From an uncultured Acidobacteriota bacterium (GTDB lineage: Bacteria > Acidobacteriota > Thermoanaerobaculia > UBA5066), in contig CAWCSP010000005.1 in assembly GCA_963798215.1 (NCBI GenBank), positions 259,539-323,538 on the forward strand: a DNA stretch of 64,000 bases. Direction: 5' to 3'. This document shows positions 10,840 to 21,222 of this stretch, piece by piece. The translations under genes were made by a program, and so were the position numbers. Under the pieces are notes generated by a model. That model did not search any database. It was not told the origin of the DNA and saw only the letters and a program-made list of their open reading frames with translations. The stretch's first letter is position 1. The number at the start of each line of letters is the position of its first letter.

Positions 10840-11952
10840 TCAGCCCACGCGCCGCTCCTCGAGCCAGTCCGCGAAGCGGTCGCGCGACCACGTGTTCACG
10901 ACGCGGTCCGCGGGCACGAGAGCGAGGCGCGCGACGGCGAGACCGTAGTCGAGGAACGACAGGTGCGCCGCGGCGTGCGCGTCGCTCGAGATCGAGAAAA
11001 GGCAGCCGGCGGCCGCCGCGATCCGCGCGAGCGCGGGCGGCAGGTCGAGGCGCTCCGGGCAGCCGTTCAGCTCGATCGCGACGCCGAGGTCGGCGGCGCG
11101 CGCGAAGACTCGCGGCCAGTCGGCGCGCACGCCGCTCCGGAGGTCGTAGAGGCGGCCCTTCGGGTGGCCGAGGACCGCGACGCCCGGCGTCTCGACCGCC
11201 CGGACGAGGCGCGCGGTCTGGTCGCGCCCGCTCCGGAGGTCGGTGTGGACGGACGCGACGACGGCGTCGAGCTCCGGCACGCTCTTCGGCGTCACGTCGA
11301 GCGAGCCGTCCTCGGCGATGTTCGCCTCGGCGCCGACGAACATCTCGAACGTCCCGGCGCGCGCGTTCAGGGCATCCACCTCGCGCCGCTGCGCCCGGAA
11401 GTCGGCAGGGAAGAGGCCGCCCGCCACCGCGCAGTCGCGCGCGTGGTCGGTCAGGAGGGCGTACGAGTCGCCGCGGGCCTCGAGCGCGCGGTGGAGCGCC
11501 GCGAGCGCCATCCGGCCGTCCGACCGGTCCGTGTGCAGATGCGCGTCTCCACGCAGGTCCGCGTGCGCGATCCCGCCCGGCGCCGAGAGGATGCGGTCGA
11601 CGTCCGAGCGCGTCAGGAAATCGGCCTTGCGCCGAGCGGCGGGGTCGGCACGGTCGAGCATCGCGGCGAGAGCGTCGCCGACGTTCTCGTCCGAGCCGCA
11701 GGCGAGGAAGGACGCGATCGCGTCGGCGGCGCGGGGCGAAACGCCCGGCAGCGACCCGACCGCGACGCGTCGGCCGAAGAGGTCCGCGCCGAGCTGGCGG
11801 AGCGTCCGCGCCGCCGCGCGGTACTCGGCGGCCCGGCGGCTCAGCGGGTCCTCGGCGGACGCGAGCGCGAGGAGCGCGGACGCGAGACGGCCGTTCGTCA
11901 CCGGAGGCGCCGCGGGGAGGAAGGGAGCGGAGGGAGACGGGAGAGCCGACAT
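10840..11952 (-). CDS. PHP-domain phosphoesterase with PolX-like helix-hairpin-helix N-terminus
   Basis: GDAHLHTDRSDG, LLTDH, ASVHT, LGHP and ISSDAH motifs. Start taken at ATG 11952 (MSALPSPS); the upstream part of the ORF-track ORF is Arg-rich noise. Confidence 0.75.
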   Translation of the reverse strand: MSALPSPSAPFLPAAPPVTNGRLASALLALASAEDPLSRRAAEYRAAARTLRQLGADLFGRRVAVGSLPGVSPRAADAIASFLACGSDENVGDALAAMLDRADPAARRKADFLTRSDVDRILSAPGGIAHADLRGDAHLHTDRSDGRMALAALHRALEARGDSYALLTDHARDCAVAGGLFPADFRAQRREVDALNARAGTFEMFVGAEANIAEDGSLDVTPKSVPELDAVVASVHTDLRSGRDQTARLVRAVETPGVAVLGHPKGRLYDLRSGVRADWPRVFARAADLGVAIELNGCPERLDLPPALARIAAAAGCLFSISSDAHAAAHLSFLDYGLAVARLALVPADRVVNTWSRDRFADWLEERRVG

Positions 11953-12002
11953 CGCGCGCCTCGCCCCGATTCTACGTGCGCCGCGGATTAGACTCGCCCG
12001 CG

Positions 12003-14780
12003 ATGGCGAACCCCGAGAAGCCCACGCTCGCGCTGATCGACGCGTCCAACTATCTCTACCGCGCGTTCTACGCGATCCGCGGCCTGACGGGCCCCGGCGG
12101 AAAGCCCACGAACGCCGTCTACGGCTTCCTGAACATGTGGCGGAAGTACGTCGCGGACCGCAAGCCCTCGGCCGTCGCCGTCTGCTTCGACCGGTACGAA
12201 AAGACCTTCCGCGAGGAGTTGGACGCGGCATACAAGGCGCAGCGCCAGGCGATGCCGGACGATCTCGTCCCTCAGATCGAGGACGCCAAGCGCCTCTGCC
12301 GCCTTCTCGGCCTCGCCGTCCTCGAGGAACCCGGCTTCGAGGCGGACGACCTCATCGGCTCGATCGCGGTCGTCGCGAAGGAGGCTGGCTTTTTCGCCGA
12401 GATCTGCTCGGCCGACAAGGACCTCTTCCAGCTCGTGAAGGACCCCGACGTCGCCGTCTACCACCCGGTGAAGGACGTCCTCCTCGACGAGGCGGGCGTC
12501 CTGGATTTCTTTGGCGTCAAGCCGTCGCAGGTCATCGACGTCCTCGCCCTGATGGGGGATTCGTCCGACAACATCCCGGGCGTCAAGGGCGTCGGCGAGA
12601 AGACGGCCAAGGAGCTCATCGCGACATTCGGCTCCCTCGACGCGATCTATGCGCGCCTCGAGGAGGTCAAGGGCAAGCGCAAGGAGCTTCTCGCCGCCGG
12701 GCGAGACGAGGCCACTCGTTCGCAGACGCTCGCGACGGTGCGCTGCGACCGGCCGCTGCCGGCGCCGCCGGAGAAGCTCCTCGAGCACTTCCGCATCCGG
12801 CCGCTCGAGCCGCAAGCCGTGAAGGAGCTCGCGGCGTTCTACGACGAGATGGGATTCGGGAAGTTCAAGAAGGAGCTCCTCGAGTCCGGCGCCGCGACGA
12901 AGGCCGAGCCGACGAAGGGCGCCGGCACGACGACGACCGCATCCGCCGAGCCCGCGACCCTCTCTCTATTCGAAGAATCTTCCTCTTCGTCTTCGAATCC
13001 CTCTCCGGAGCAGGTGCGCTGGATCGCGGACGAAGCCGGCCTTGACGCGCTCGTCGCCGCGGCCGCAAAGGCGGGGCGCGCGTCCGTCCACGTCGAGTGC
13101 GGCCCCGGCGCGCCGTGGCCCGCGCCGCCGCTCGTCGCCGCGGTCGCGATCCCGGGCGGCGAGGCTGCGGCGTTCGCGCTCGACCCGGCGGGCACGAAGG
13201 CGCTCGCGGCGCTCTTCGCGAAGGTTCCCGTCGTCGTCCACGACGCCAAGCGCCTCTTCCTCGCGGCCGACGCGCTCGGGATCGCCCCGCCCGCCCGGTT
13301 CCTCGACGTGATGCTCGCGAGCTACGTGGTCGCGCCGGGGATCCACGCGCACGACCTGGCGGGTGACGCCCGCGGAGTCCTCGAGCTCCCGCCGGAGAGC
13401 GTCCCGTCTCTGAAGGACCTCAACCGCGGCGAGGCGCCCACCGCGGCGGCGCTCGCCACGGAGGAGGGCCGCCGGTGGCTCGCGCCGCGCGTCCTCCTCC
13501 CGCTCGCCCTCGCCGACGCGCTGGCCCCACGCCTCTCGGAGGGCTCGCCGCTCGCCCGCGTCCTCGAGGACATCGAGATTCCTCTCGTGCCCGTCCTCGC
13601 GCGAATGGAGAAGGCGGGGATCGCCGTCGACCGCGGCGTTCTCCTCGGCCTCTCGAAGGAGTTCGACTCCCGCCTCTCTGCGCTCGAGGCGAAGATCCAC
13701 GAGGCGGCCGGGGAGACGTTCAACATCGGGTCGCCTCTCCAGCTCGGGCGCGTCCTCTTCGAGAAGCTCGGCTACCCGGCGGTGAAGAAGACCGCGAAGA
13801 CGAAATCCTACGCGACGGGCTCCGACGTCCTCGAGGAGCTCCAAACCCTCTCGTCGGGCCCGGTGCCGTCGCTCGTCCTCGAGTGGCGCGAGATCTCGAA
13901 GCTCAAGGGCACGTACGTGGACGCGCTCCCCGCGTGCATCGCGGCGGACGGCCGCATCCACACGCGGTACGACCAGGCCGTCGCCGCGACGGGCCGCCTC
14001 TCCTCGAACGCGCCGAACCTTCAGAACATCCCCGTGCGCACGGAGGCGGGCCGCGCGATCCGCCGCGCCTTCGTCGCGGCGCCGGGCACGACGCTCGTCG
14101 CGGCGGACTACTCGCAGATCGAGCTCCGGATCCTCGCGCACCTCTCGGGCGACGAGGCGCTCCGCGACGTCTTCCGCCGCGGCGAGGACATCCACCGCGC
14201 CACGGCCGCGAAGATCTTCGGCGTCGCACCGGACGCCGTGACGGCGGACCAGAGGCGCGGCGCCAAGACGATCAACTTCGGCGTCCTCTACGGCATGGGG
14301 CCGTTCGCGCTCGCCGCGCAGCTCGGCGTCCCGCGCGCCGAGGCGAAGGAGTTCATCGCGGCCTACTTCGACCGGTTCCCGAAAATCCGGGCGTGCCTCG
14401 ACGCCATCCTCGAGAAGGCGCGCGCCACGGGTGGGACCGAGACGATCTTCGGGCGCGTGCGCCCGATTCCCGGCCTCCACGACCGCAACCACAACGTGCG
14501 CGCGAACGCCGAGCGCATGGCGATGAACGCGCCGTTCCAGGGCTCGGCGGCCGACCTCATCAAGATCGCGATGCTCGCGCTGGACAAGGCGCTGGCGGCC
14601 GAGCTCCCCGGGGTCCGGCTCCTCCTGCAGGTCCACGACGAGCTCGTGCTCGAGTCGCCCGCGGCCCTCGCGGAGAAGACCGCGGCCGTCGCGCGGCGCA
14701 CGATGGAGGGAGCCGCGTCCCTGAGCGTGCCGCTCACGGTCGACGTGGGAACCGGTCTCAACTGGGCGGAGGCCAAGTAG
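12003..14780 (+). CDS. polA: DNA polymerase I
   Basis: 5' nuclease domain (LIDASNYLYRAFYA, GDSSDNIPGVKGVGEKTA). Pol motifs A (DYSQIELRILAH), B (RRGAKTINFGVLYG) and C (QVHDELV). Start at ATG 12003 inside the longer artefactual ORF. Confidence 0.95.
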   Translation: MANPEKPTLALIDASNYLYRAFYAIRGLTGPGGKPTNAVYGFLNMWRKYVADRKPSAVAVCFDRYEKTFREELDAAYKAQRQAMPDDLVPQIEDAKRLCRLLGLAVLEEPGFEADDLIGSIAVVAKEAGFFAEICSADKDLFQLVKDPDVAVYHPVKDVLLDEAGVLDFFGVKPSQVIDVLALMGDSSDNIPGVKGVGEKTAKELIATFGSLDAIYARLEEVKGKRKELLAAGRDEATRSQTLATVRCDRPLPAPPEKLLEHFRIRPLEPQAVKELAAFYDEMGFGKFKKELLESGAATKAEPTKGAGTTTTASAEPATLSLFEESSSSSSNPSPEQVRWIADEAGLDALVAAAAKAGRASVHVECGPGAPWPAPPLVAAVAIPGGEAAAFALDPAGTKALAALFAKVPVVVHDAKRLFLAADALGIAPPARFLDVMLASYVVAPGIHAHDLAGDARGVLELPPESVPSLKDLNRGEAPTAAALATEEGRRWLAPRVLLPLALADALAPRLSEGSPLARVLEDIEIPLVPVLARMEKAGIAVDRGVLLGLSKEFDSRLSALEAKIHEAAGETFNIGSPLQLGRVLFEKLGYPAVKKTAKTKSYATGSDVLEELQTLSSGPVPSLVLEWREISKLKGTYVDALPACIAADGRIHTRYDQAVAATGRLSSNAPNLQNIPVRTEAGRAIRRAFVAAPGTTLVAADYSQIELRILAHLSGDEALRDVFRRGEDIHRATAAKIFGVAPDAVTADQRRGAKTINFGVLYGMGPFALAAQLGVPRAEAKEFIAAYFDRFPKIRACLDAILEKARATGGTETIFGRVRPIPGLHDRNHNVRANAERMAMNAPFQGSAADLIKIAMLALDKALAAELPGVRLLLQVHDELVLESPAALAEKTAAVARRTMEGAASLSVPLTVDVGTGLNWAEAK

Positions 14781-14806
14781 GGACCGACAGGCCCTAGAAT
14801 CGGCGC

Positions 14807-15703
14807 ATGCGGAGGCTCTGCGGGACTCTCGTCGCGGCGGTCGCGCTCGCCGCGAGCGGCGCGCTGCACGCGCAGGCGCAGGCGCCGGCGCCTGCGCTCC
14901 GGCCCGTCGAGGCGCTGCCCGACCCCGTTCGCCCGGCGCTCGCCGAGGTCGCCTATTCTCATCCTCTGTTCCTTCCTCTCGACGAGCCGCCGAAGGTCGT
15001 CGAGCGCCTCAATCCCGCCAACCTCGAGACGCGCGTCCCGCTCGCGCTGACGGCGCGGGTCCTCGAAACGGGGAAGGTGAGCGAGATCGCCGCCGTCGAG
15101 CCCCCGCTCAAGGCCTTCGCGGTGCCCCTTCCGGCGCTCGCGCCGCGCTGGCGGTACAAGCCGGCGACGAAGGACGGGCACCCCGTCGTCACGTGGGCCA
15201 CGCAGATCCTCGACCTCAACGTCTCGCTCGAGAAGGGCGTCTTCAGCGCGTTCACGCTCGAGCCGCTCCGGAAGGACGACCCGCTCGCGAAGGTGTTCCG
15301 CGAGTCGCCGATCGACGACACCATGGCGCGGTACCCTTCCGCGATCGACCCGGCGGACGCGGGCGCCGTGTCCGTGGAGGAGCTCGACGCGCTTCCGGTC
15401 GCCGAGAAGACGCCGTGGAGCTTCGACGCGACGCGCCAGCGTGCGCACCTGACGGCGCTCGTCGAGGTGTCGGCGCAGGGGACGGTGTCACGCGTCCTTC
15501 CGACGGGTGATGCCGAGCCCCTCCTCGTGCGCTGGCTGAGGGAGAGCGCCGCGAAGTGGAAGCTCTCCCCGGGCCGGGCGGGCGGCAAGCCCGTTTCCTC
15601 CTGGATGGCGCTCGACGCGACGCTCGACTACACGATCGACTCGGCGAAGAAGAAAGCCGAGCGCAGTTTGAAGAAGAACCTCCGGGCGTTCCCGACTCCG
15701 TAG
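14807..15703 (+). CDS. Exported protein with two TonB-C-like repeats
   Basis: Signal peptide MRRLCGTLVAAVALAASGALHAQAQ. Two segments end in KPATKDGHPVVTW and GRAGGKPVSSW, resembling TonB C-terminal folds. Confidence 0.5.
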   Translation: MRRLCGTLVAAVALAASGALHAQAQAPAPALRPVEALPDPVRPALAEVAYSHPLFLPLDEPPKVVERLNPANLETRVPLALTARVLETGKVSEIAAVEPPLKAFAVPLPALAPRWRYKPATKDGHPVVTWATQILDLNVSLEKGVFSAFTLEPLRKDDPLAKVFRESPIDDTMARYPSAIDPADAGAVSVEELDALPVAEKTPWSFDATRQRAHLTALVEVSAQGTVSRVLPTGDAEPLLVRWLRESAAKWKLSPGRAGGKPVSSWMALDATLDYTIDSAKKKAERSLKKNLRAFPTP

Positions 15704-15716
15704 CGCCCTCGCGCGC

Positions 15717-17687
15717 TCAATCGACCTTCCGGAGATCCCCCACGCGACGCGTTTTCTTCCGCGAATCGAAATACTCGAGGAGCGGGATGAGCGTCTTGCG
15801 CGTCAGGCCGAGGAGATCGCGGAAGCCCGCGACGGCGAGCGTCTGACCCTTCACGCGCTCGAGCTTCGCCTCGGCGGCGGCCGCGACGTCGCGGTGCACG
15901 ACGAGATCGGGCGAGAGCCGCACGAGAAGACCCGACTTCACGAGGTGCGAGACGAGGCCGTCCACGACCTGCGGCTTCGTCCCGAGGAGCTTCGCCGCGT
16001 CGAGGCCCTTCGGCGGCTCGAACCCGGCCTTCCGGTAGAGCTCTTCGAGCTTCGCCGCGAACGACGCGGCCTCGCCCGAGAGATCGGCCGCCTTCGCGCC
16101 GGGCGGGACGACAAGGGTACCCTCGAGCGCGATCGTCCGTCCGGCCGCGAGCGTCGCGAGCCAGCCGTCGGCCGCCGCGGGGGAGACGCCCTTCGCGAGA
16201 CGCGCGAGGAACTCGCCCTTCCCGAGCGCGATCGCGGCCGAGCCGGCTTTTCTCCGCTCTCCGAAGAGCGCGGCCGCGCGGGCCGCGAGGTCGGACGCGA
16301 CGGAAGCGTGCGCGAAGAGCGCGGGCGCGATCTTCAGCGCCCGGCCGCCGTTCGCGAGCGTCTCGAGGAGGTTCGCCGCGGCGGCCGACACGATCCCGAG
16401 GCGCGCGCCGAGGCGCGCGGCGGAAAGTCCGGCGGGGCCGGCCTCGAGGAGGAAGAGGTCCGCCAGCGCCTGCTCGCGGCCCGATGAGAGGATCGACAGG
16501 ATCGAGCCGAGCGCGGCGTCCGGGCCGGCGCGGCGCTTCAGCCTCGGCCTGCCGGCGTCGAGGACGCGTCCGCCGCCGAGCGTCGCGGCGGGAGACGGGC
16601 GCCGGAGGATGAATCGGTCGCCGGGGCGCGCGGCGACGGGCGACTCGAGGAAGATCTGCGCGAGCGCCGTCTCTCCCGGCGCGAACGCGCGGACCGCCGG
16701 GCCTCCCGTGTCCGCACGGGTCGCCGGCCCGTCCGTGTCTGCACGGCCTGCCGGTCCGGGGAGGACGAAAGAGAGCCGGCCCGCGACGTCGGCGGTCCCG
16801 AGGTGCATGCGCACGCGAATGCCGTCGGGCAGCGGCGCGTCGAGGCCGGGCAGGATCGCCACTTCGGCCGTCAGGACGGACGATGCCTCGAGCGCGCCCC
16901 TCGGGACGAGCGCCTGCCCGCGCTTGAGGTGCGAGCGGTCGACGCCCGCGAGGTTCAGGCTCGTGCGCTCGCCCGTGAACGCCTCGCGGCGCTCCTCGCC
17001 GTGCACCTCCACGCGCCGCACGCGGACGTCGAGCCCGTCCGGGAGGAGGGTCAGCGCGTCTTCGGCCGCGATGCGGCCCGCGTCCAGCGTGCCCGTCACG
17101 ACCGGCCCGAAACCCTTCATCGTGAACGCGCGATCGAGGAAGAGTCGCGGCACCTTCCGCGACCGGTCCTCGCGAACGACGCGGCCGGCCGCGGCGAGGA
17201 GCTCCTTCCTCAGCGCGTCGAGCCCGTCGCCCGTCACCGCCGAGCACGCGACGATCGGCGCATCCTTCAGGAACGAGCCCTTCACGAGCGCGCGGATCTC
17301 CTCCTCCACGAGCGCCCCGGTCTCGGCATCCACGAGGTCGCTCTTCGTCCGCGCGATCACGCCCGTCGAGACCCTGAGGAGCCTGAGGATGTCGAGATGC
17401 TCTCTCGTCTGCGGCATGACGGAATCGTCCGAGGCCACCGCGAGAAGGACGAGATCCACGCCCTGGGCGCCTGCGACCATCGTCCGGACGAACTTCTCGT
17501 GCCCCGGCACGTCCACGAAGGAGAACGTCGTCCCGTCCCAGGCCGCGTGCGCAAAGCCGAGGTCGATCGTGATCCCGCGCGCCTTCTCCTCCGGCAGGCG
17601 ATCCGGGTCCGAGCCCGTGAGGGCCCGGACGAGGGCGCTCTTGCCGTGGTCGATGTGGCCGGCGGTGCCGACGAGGACGCGGCGCAT
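15717..17687 (-). CDS. selB: Selenocysteine-specific translation elongation factor
   Basis: GTPase motifs GHIDHGKS, DVPGHEKF, TKSD. C-terminal winged-helix repeats ending LIPLLEYFDSRKKTRRVGD. Confidence 0.9.
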   Translation of the reverse strand: MRRVLVGTAGHIDHGKSALVRALTGSDPDRLPEEKARGITIDLGFAHAAWDGTTFSFVDVPGHEKFVRTMVAGAQGVDLVLLAVASDDSVMPQTREHLDILRLLRVSTGVIARTKSDLVDAETGALVEEEIRALVKGSFLKDAPIVACSAVTGDGLDALRKELLAAAGRVVREDRSRKVPRLFLDRAFTMKGFGPVVTGTLDAGRIAAEDALTLLPDGLDVRVRRVEVHGEERREAFTGERTSLNLAGVDRSHLKRGQALVPRGALEASSVLTAEVAILPGLDAPLPDGIRVRMHLGTADVAGRLSFVLPGPAGRADTDGPATRADTGGPAVRAFAPGETALAQIFLESPVAARPGDRFILRRPSPAATLGGGRVLDAGRPRLKRRAGPDAALGSILSILSSGREQALADLFLLEAGPAGLSAARLGARLGIVSAAAANLLETLANGGRALKIAPALFAHASVASDLAARAAALFGERRKAGSAAIALGKGEFLARLAKGVSPAAADGWLATLAAGRTIALEGTLVVPPGAKAADLSGEAASFAAKLEELYRKAGFEPPKGLDAAKLLGTKPQVVDGLVSHLVKSGLLVRLSPDLVVHRDVAAAAEAKLERVKGQTLAVAGFRDLLGLTRKTLIPLLEYFDSRKKTRRVGDLRKVD

Positions 17688-17696
17688 GGGCGCCGA

Positions 17697-18179
17697 TTAT
17701 GGCCGGGCGCGCGCACCCCGCGTCGCGAACCCCGCGTTGTGGGCGAAGGGCCGGACGGACGGCCTCGCGGCCGCGCGCGGCGACGGTGAGCGGCCGGCGT
17801 TCGGGGCCGCGTGCACCACCGGATGTACGTGGGGGCGCGGCCGCGCCGGGGCGCCGCCCCACCACCCGCCGTTCCAGATGCTTCCGTACGGCATGACGAC
17901 CTCGGGCGGCTCCGGTCCGGGGACGACCTCGGGCCCGGGGTTCTCTTCCTCTTCGTCCGGCGCGAGCGAGGGGAAGACCACGCGGCCGCGGGACACGGTC
18001 GTCTCGACCGCCGAGAAGCATCCGACGGCCCGCCGGCCCTCGCGGCGCTCGCGCGCGACGTCCGAGAGGGTGCGCGGGGAGGCGCTGACGGGCGTGCCGG
18101 CGGCACCCGTGAGGCTCAGCTCGACAGTGGGCGGCGTGGCCGTCTCGAGCGCGGCCAGGACCGCGAGGGCGACCAGCAT
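17697..18179 (-). CDS. Hypothetical small exported protein
   Basis: Hydrophobic N-terminus and Pro/Glu-rich middle, no recognisable domain. Codon usage is compatible with the flanking genes. Confidence 0.3.
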   Translation of the reverse strand: MLVALAVLAALETATPPTVELSLTGAAGTPVSASPRTLSDVARERREGRRAVGCFSAVETTVSRGRVVFPSLAPDEEEENPGPEVVPGPEPPEVVMPYGSIWNGGWWGGAPARPRPHVHPVVHAAPNAGRSPSPRAAARPSVRPFAHNAGFATRGARARP

Positions 18180-18228
18180 GAAGCGCCCCTCCCCCCGATA
18201 GCTTAGTCCCGCCGGCCGCCCCGCGCCT

Positions 18229-19884
18229 TCAGTATTCCGGCCCCTTGAAGATCGTCGACTTCTCGGGCTCGAGCGTCTCGCCCGCGAGCTTCGCGCGGAC
18301 GTGCCGCGCCACGCGCAGGCCGTCGAGCGCCGCCGAGACGATGCCGCCCGCGAAGCCCGCGCCCTCGCCGGCGGGATAGAGGCCGCGGACCGACGGGCTC
18401 TCGCACCAGCCGTCGCGCTCGATCCTCACCGGCGACGACGTGCGCGACTCGGGGGCGAAGAGGACGGCCTCCTCGGACACGAAGCCGGGCATCTTCCGGT
18501 CGAAGGCCCGAAGGCCGTCGGCGAGCGCTTCGAGGTACGGCTCGGGCAGGATCCCGTCGAAGGAGACGGCCGTCACCCACGGACCGTACGTCGTCTTCGG
18601 GAGCGCGCGCGGCGAGATCGGCCGCTCGCGGCTCCTCAGGAAGTCCGTCACGCGCAGGGCCGGCGCGGCGTACGTCCCTCCTCCCGCCACGAAGGCGGCC
18701 GTCTCCACGCGCCGCTGCAGCTCGCGCCCCCTTAGAAGCTCCGGCCCGCCCATCGCGTCGAAGTCCTCGTCCTTCGTCTGGACGACGATCCCGGCGTTCG
18801 CATAGCCCGAGGAGCGCTTGTAGCGGGACATCCCGTTCGTCACGACGCCGCCGGCCTCGGACGAGCACGCGATGACCTCGCCGCCGGGGCACATGCAGAA
18901 CGTATAGATCCCGCGGCCGTTCGAGGCGACGTGGGCCTGCTTGTAGTCCGCCGGCATGACGCCGCAGGCCGTCGAGAGCTGCGCGTACTGCATGACGTCG
19001 ACGGCGTCCTGCGGGTGCTCGATCCTGACGCCCATCGCGAAGTGCTTGCGCGTCATCGCGACGCCGCGCGCCAGGAGCATGTCCATCGTGTCGCGCGCCG
19101 AGTGGCCGAGCGCGAGCACCGCGACGTCCGCCGGGACCTCCTCGCCGGACTCGAGCTTCAGGCCCGAGAGCGCGCCGTCCCTCCGCGTGAGGAGGTCCGT
19201 GACCTTCGCGCGGTAGCGCAGCGTCGCGCCGTGCTCGAGGAGGTGCTTCCTCACGTTGCGCAGGACGACGACGAGCCGGTCCGTTCCGATGTGCGGCTTG
19301 GCGTCCACGAGGATGGAGTCCGGCGCGCCGAAACGGTGAAACGTCTCGAGGACGACCTTGATCCTGTCGTGGCGCTTGCCGCACGTGAGCTTGCCGTCCG
19401 AGAACGTCCCCGCGCCCCCTTCCCCGAACTGCACGTTCGACTCGGGGTCGAAGACGCCCGACGTCCAGAACTTCATGACCTTGCGGTAGCGGTCCTCCGC
19501 CGGATCGCCGCGCTCGAGGATCGTGACGGGGATGCCCGCGTCCACGAGGGCGAGCGCCGCGAAGAGCCCCGCCGGGCCCGTCCCGACGACGGCGACCTTC
19601 GCCTTCGTGTCGAGCGCCGGCAGGAGGAGCTCCGGGGCCGGCGGCGGCTCGGCCGGGCCGAGTCTCAGCGGCGGCTCGGGCGAGACCTCGAGGACCGCCT
19701 CGGACGTGAACTCGACGGCGATCTCCCAGTAGAGGACCGGCTTCTGGCGCGCGTCGAGCGAGCGGCGCACGAGGCTGAAGTCGGAAAGGCCGTCCCGCGG
19801 GATGCCGAGAAGCCGCGCGACCGTCGCGAGGTTCACGGCCTTCGGCGCACGCGCACGAACGCCCGCGAGACGGTAGCGCGGCAC
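18229..19884 (-). CDS. FAD-dependent oxidoreductase (COG2509 family)
   Basis: VAVVGTGPAGLFAAL dinucleotide fold, GEGGAGTFSDGKL, PAGEGAGFAGGIVSAALDG. Start set at GTG 19884 so that it does not overlap the divergent CYTH gene; start uncertain. Confidence 0.75.
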   Translation of the reverse strand: MPRYRLAGVRARAPKAVNLATVARLLGIPRDGLSDFSLVRRSLDARQKPVLYWEIAVEFTSEAVLEVSPEPPLRLGPAEPPPAPELLLPALDTKAKVAVVGTGPAGLFAALALVDAGIPVTILERGDPAEDRYRKVMKFWTSGVFDPESNVQFGEGGAGTFSDGKLTCGKRHDRIKVVLETFHRFGAPDSILVDAKPHIGTDRLVVVLRNVRKHLLEHGATLRYRAKVTDLLTRRDGALSGLKLESGEEVPADVAVLALGHSARDTMDMLLARGVAMTRKHFAMGVRIEHPQDAVDVMQYAQLSTACGVMPADYKQAHVASNGRGIYTFCMCPGGEVIACSSEAGGVVTNGMSRYKRSSGYANAGIVVQTKDEDFDAMGGPELLRGRELQRRVETAAFVAGGGTYAAPALRVTDFLRSRERPISPRALPKTTYGPWVTAVSFDGILPEPYLEALADGLRAFDRKMPGFVSEEAVLFAPESRTSSPVRIERDGWCESPSVRGLYPAGEGAGFAGGIVSAALDGLRVARHVRAKLAGETLEPEKSTIFKGPEY

Positions 19885-19917
19885 GGGCGTATTGTGCCGC
19901 CGCGAGAACCTGAAGTC

Positions 19918-20493
19918 ATGCACGGCCCGCGTGAAATCGAGACGAAATTCCGCGTCGCCCACCGCGGGAGGCTGGAAGGCCTCCTCGACGCGCTCGGCGC
20001 CCGGCCCGGCCCCCTGGAGGACGAAAAGAACGTTCTCTACGACGATGCCGCGGGCCGCCTGAAGTCCGAGGGGTGCGCGCTGCGCCTTCGGACCGTGGAC
20101 CAACGCGGCCTCCTGACCTTCAAAGGACCTCCGAAGATCTTCAGGGGAATCAAGAGCCGCCTCGAATGGGAGAGCGGGGTCGAAGCGCCGGCGGCGGTCG
20201 CCGGGATCCTCGAGGCCATGGGCCTCGGGCCCTCGTTCCGATACGAGAAGCGCCGCACGCCCTGGACGTTCGCGGACCCGGCGCGGCCGCTCGTCGTCGT
20301 GGACGAAACCCCGCTCGGGCTCTTCGCCGAGATCGAGGGTCCCGACGCCGCCGTGAGGGCGCTGGCAGCGGAGCTGGGCATCGCCGAGGCGGACTTCATC
20401 GGGGAGTCGTACGTCGCGCTCTGGCTCTCCGCGCGGGAGAAAGACCCTTCGCTGCCGCGGGACATGGTGTTCGCGGGAGGCCCGCGGCCTTGA
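19918..20493 (+). CDS. CYTH-domain protein (class IV adenylate cyclase / triphosphatase-like)
   Basis: EIETKFRV signature (ExExK), LRLR, and FAEIEG near the C-terminus. Confidence 0.75.
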   Translation: MHGPREIETKFRVAHRGRLEGLLDALGARPGPLEDEKNVLYDDAAGRLKSEGCALRLRTVDQRGLLTFKGPPKIFRGIKSRLEWESGVEAPAAVAGILEAMGLGPSFRYEKRRTPWTFADPARPLVVVDETPLGLFAEIEGPDAAVRALAAELGIAEADFIGESYVALWLSAREKDPSLPRDMVFAGGPRP

Positions 20494-21200
20494 TCGCGCT
20501 CGTCCTCGCCGCCGGCTTCGGCACGCGCTTCCGGCCCGCGACGATCACGACGCCCAAGCCGCTCCTGCCGCTGGCGGGGCGGCCGATCCTGTTCCACGTC
20601 TTCGACCACCTCCTCGGACAGGGCGCGGACCGCTTCGCCGTCAACGTCCACCACCTCGCGCCCGCGCTGCGCGCCGCGGTGGGCGACGCCTACGCGGGCG
20701 TCCCCGTCGCGTGGTCCTTCGAAGAGGAGATCCTCGGCACGGCGGGCGGCATCCGGCGCGCGTTTCTCCGCGGGCTCCTCGGCGAGCACTTCCTCGTCGC
20801 GAACGGCGACGTCCTGACGACTCTCCCGCTCGGGCGGCTCCTCGCGGCGCGGCACGCGCCGGGCGTCGTCTCCGCGCTCGCCGTCCTTCCGAACCCGAAC
20901 CCGGACCGGGACACGCCGCTCTGGGCGACACCGTCCGGCCGCCTCGCCGCGGTCGGCGGTCCGCGGCCCGGGGACGCGACGGGCCCGTGGCTTTTCACGG
21001 GCCTGCAGGCGGCGACGGATGCGCTCGTTCCGCGCATCCCGGAGGGCGTCACCGAGCTCGCGAAAGACGTCCTCGTTCCGTCGGCGGCGGCCGGGGACGG
21101 CGCGTTCGCGCTCGTCCCGTACGCCGCCTCGGACGGCCTCTGGTTCGACCTCGGGACGCCCGAGCGCCTCGCGGCAGCCGAAGCAGCGCTCGCGCGCTGA
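20490..21200 (+). CDS. Sugar-phosphate nucleotidyltransferase
   Basis: LVLAAGFGTRFRPATITTPKPLLPLAGRPIL and EILGTAGG. TTG start overlaps the CYTH stop (TTGA). Confidence 0.8.
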   Translation: MIALVLAAGFGTRFRPATITTPKPLLPLAGRPILFHVFDHLLGQGADRFAVNVHHLAPALRAAVGDAYAGVPVAWSFEEEILGTAGGIRRAFLRGLLGEHFLVANGDVLTTLPLGRLLAARHAPGVVSALAVLPNPNPDRDTPLWATPSGRLAAVGGPRPGDATGPWLFTGLQAATDALVPRIPEGVTELAKDVLVPSAAAGDGAFALVPYAASDGLWFDLGTPERLAAAEAALAR

Positions 21201-21222
21201 ACGAACGCGAGCGCGACCGGGG

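Noticed and set aside
12955-13000. Low-GC patch inside polA (and a similar one at 1375-1420 in mutS2) as an inserted mobile element or intein.
   Set aside because: Both are short and in frame, and encode Ser/Glu-rich inter-domain linkers (LSLFEESSSSSSNPSPE; PLSKKSSSAPQSSDLS). They are kept only as loose relatives of the GAAGAGAAGA motif.
15717-17687. Looked for selA, selD, tRNA-Sec or a SECIS-bearing selenoprotein gene next to selB.
   Set aside because: None was recognised in the window, and the only tRNA is Met(CAT). selB simply appears unlinked here.
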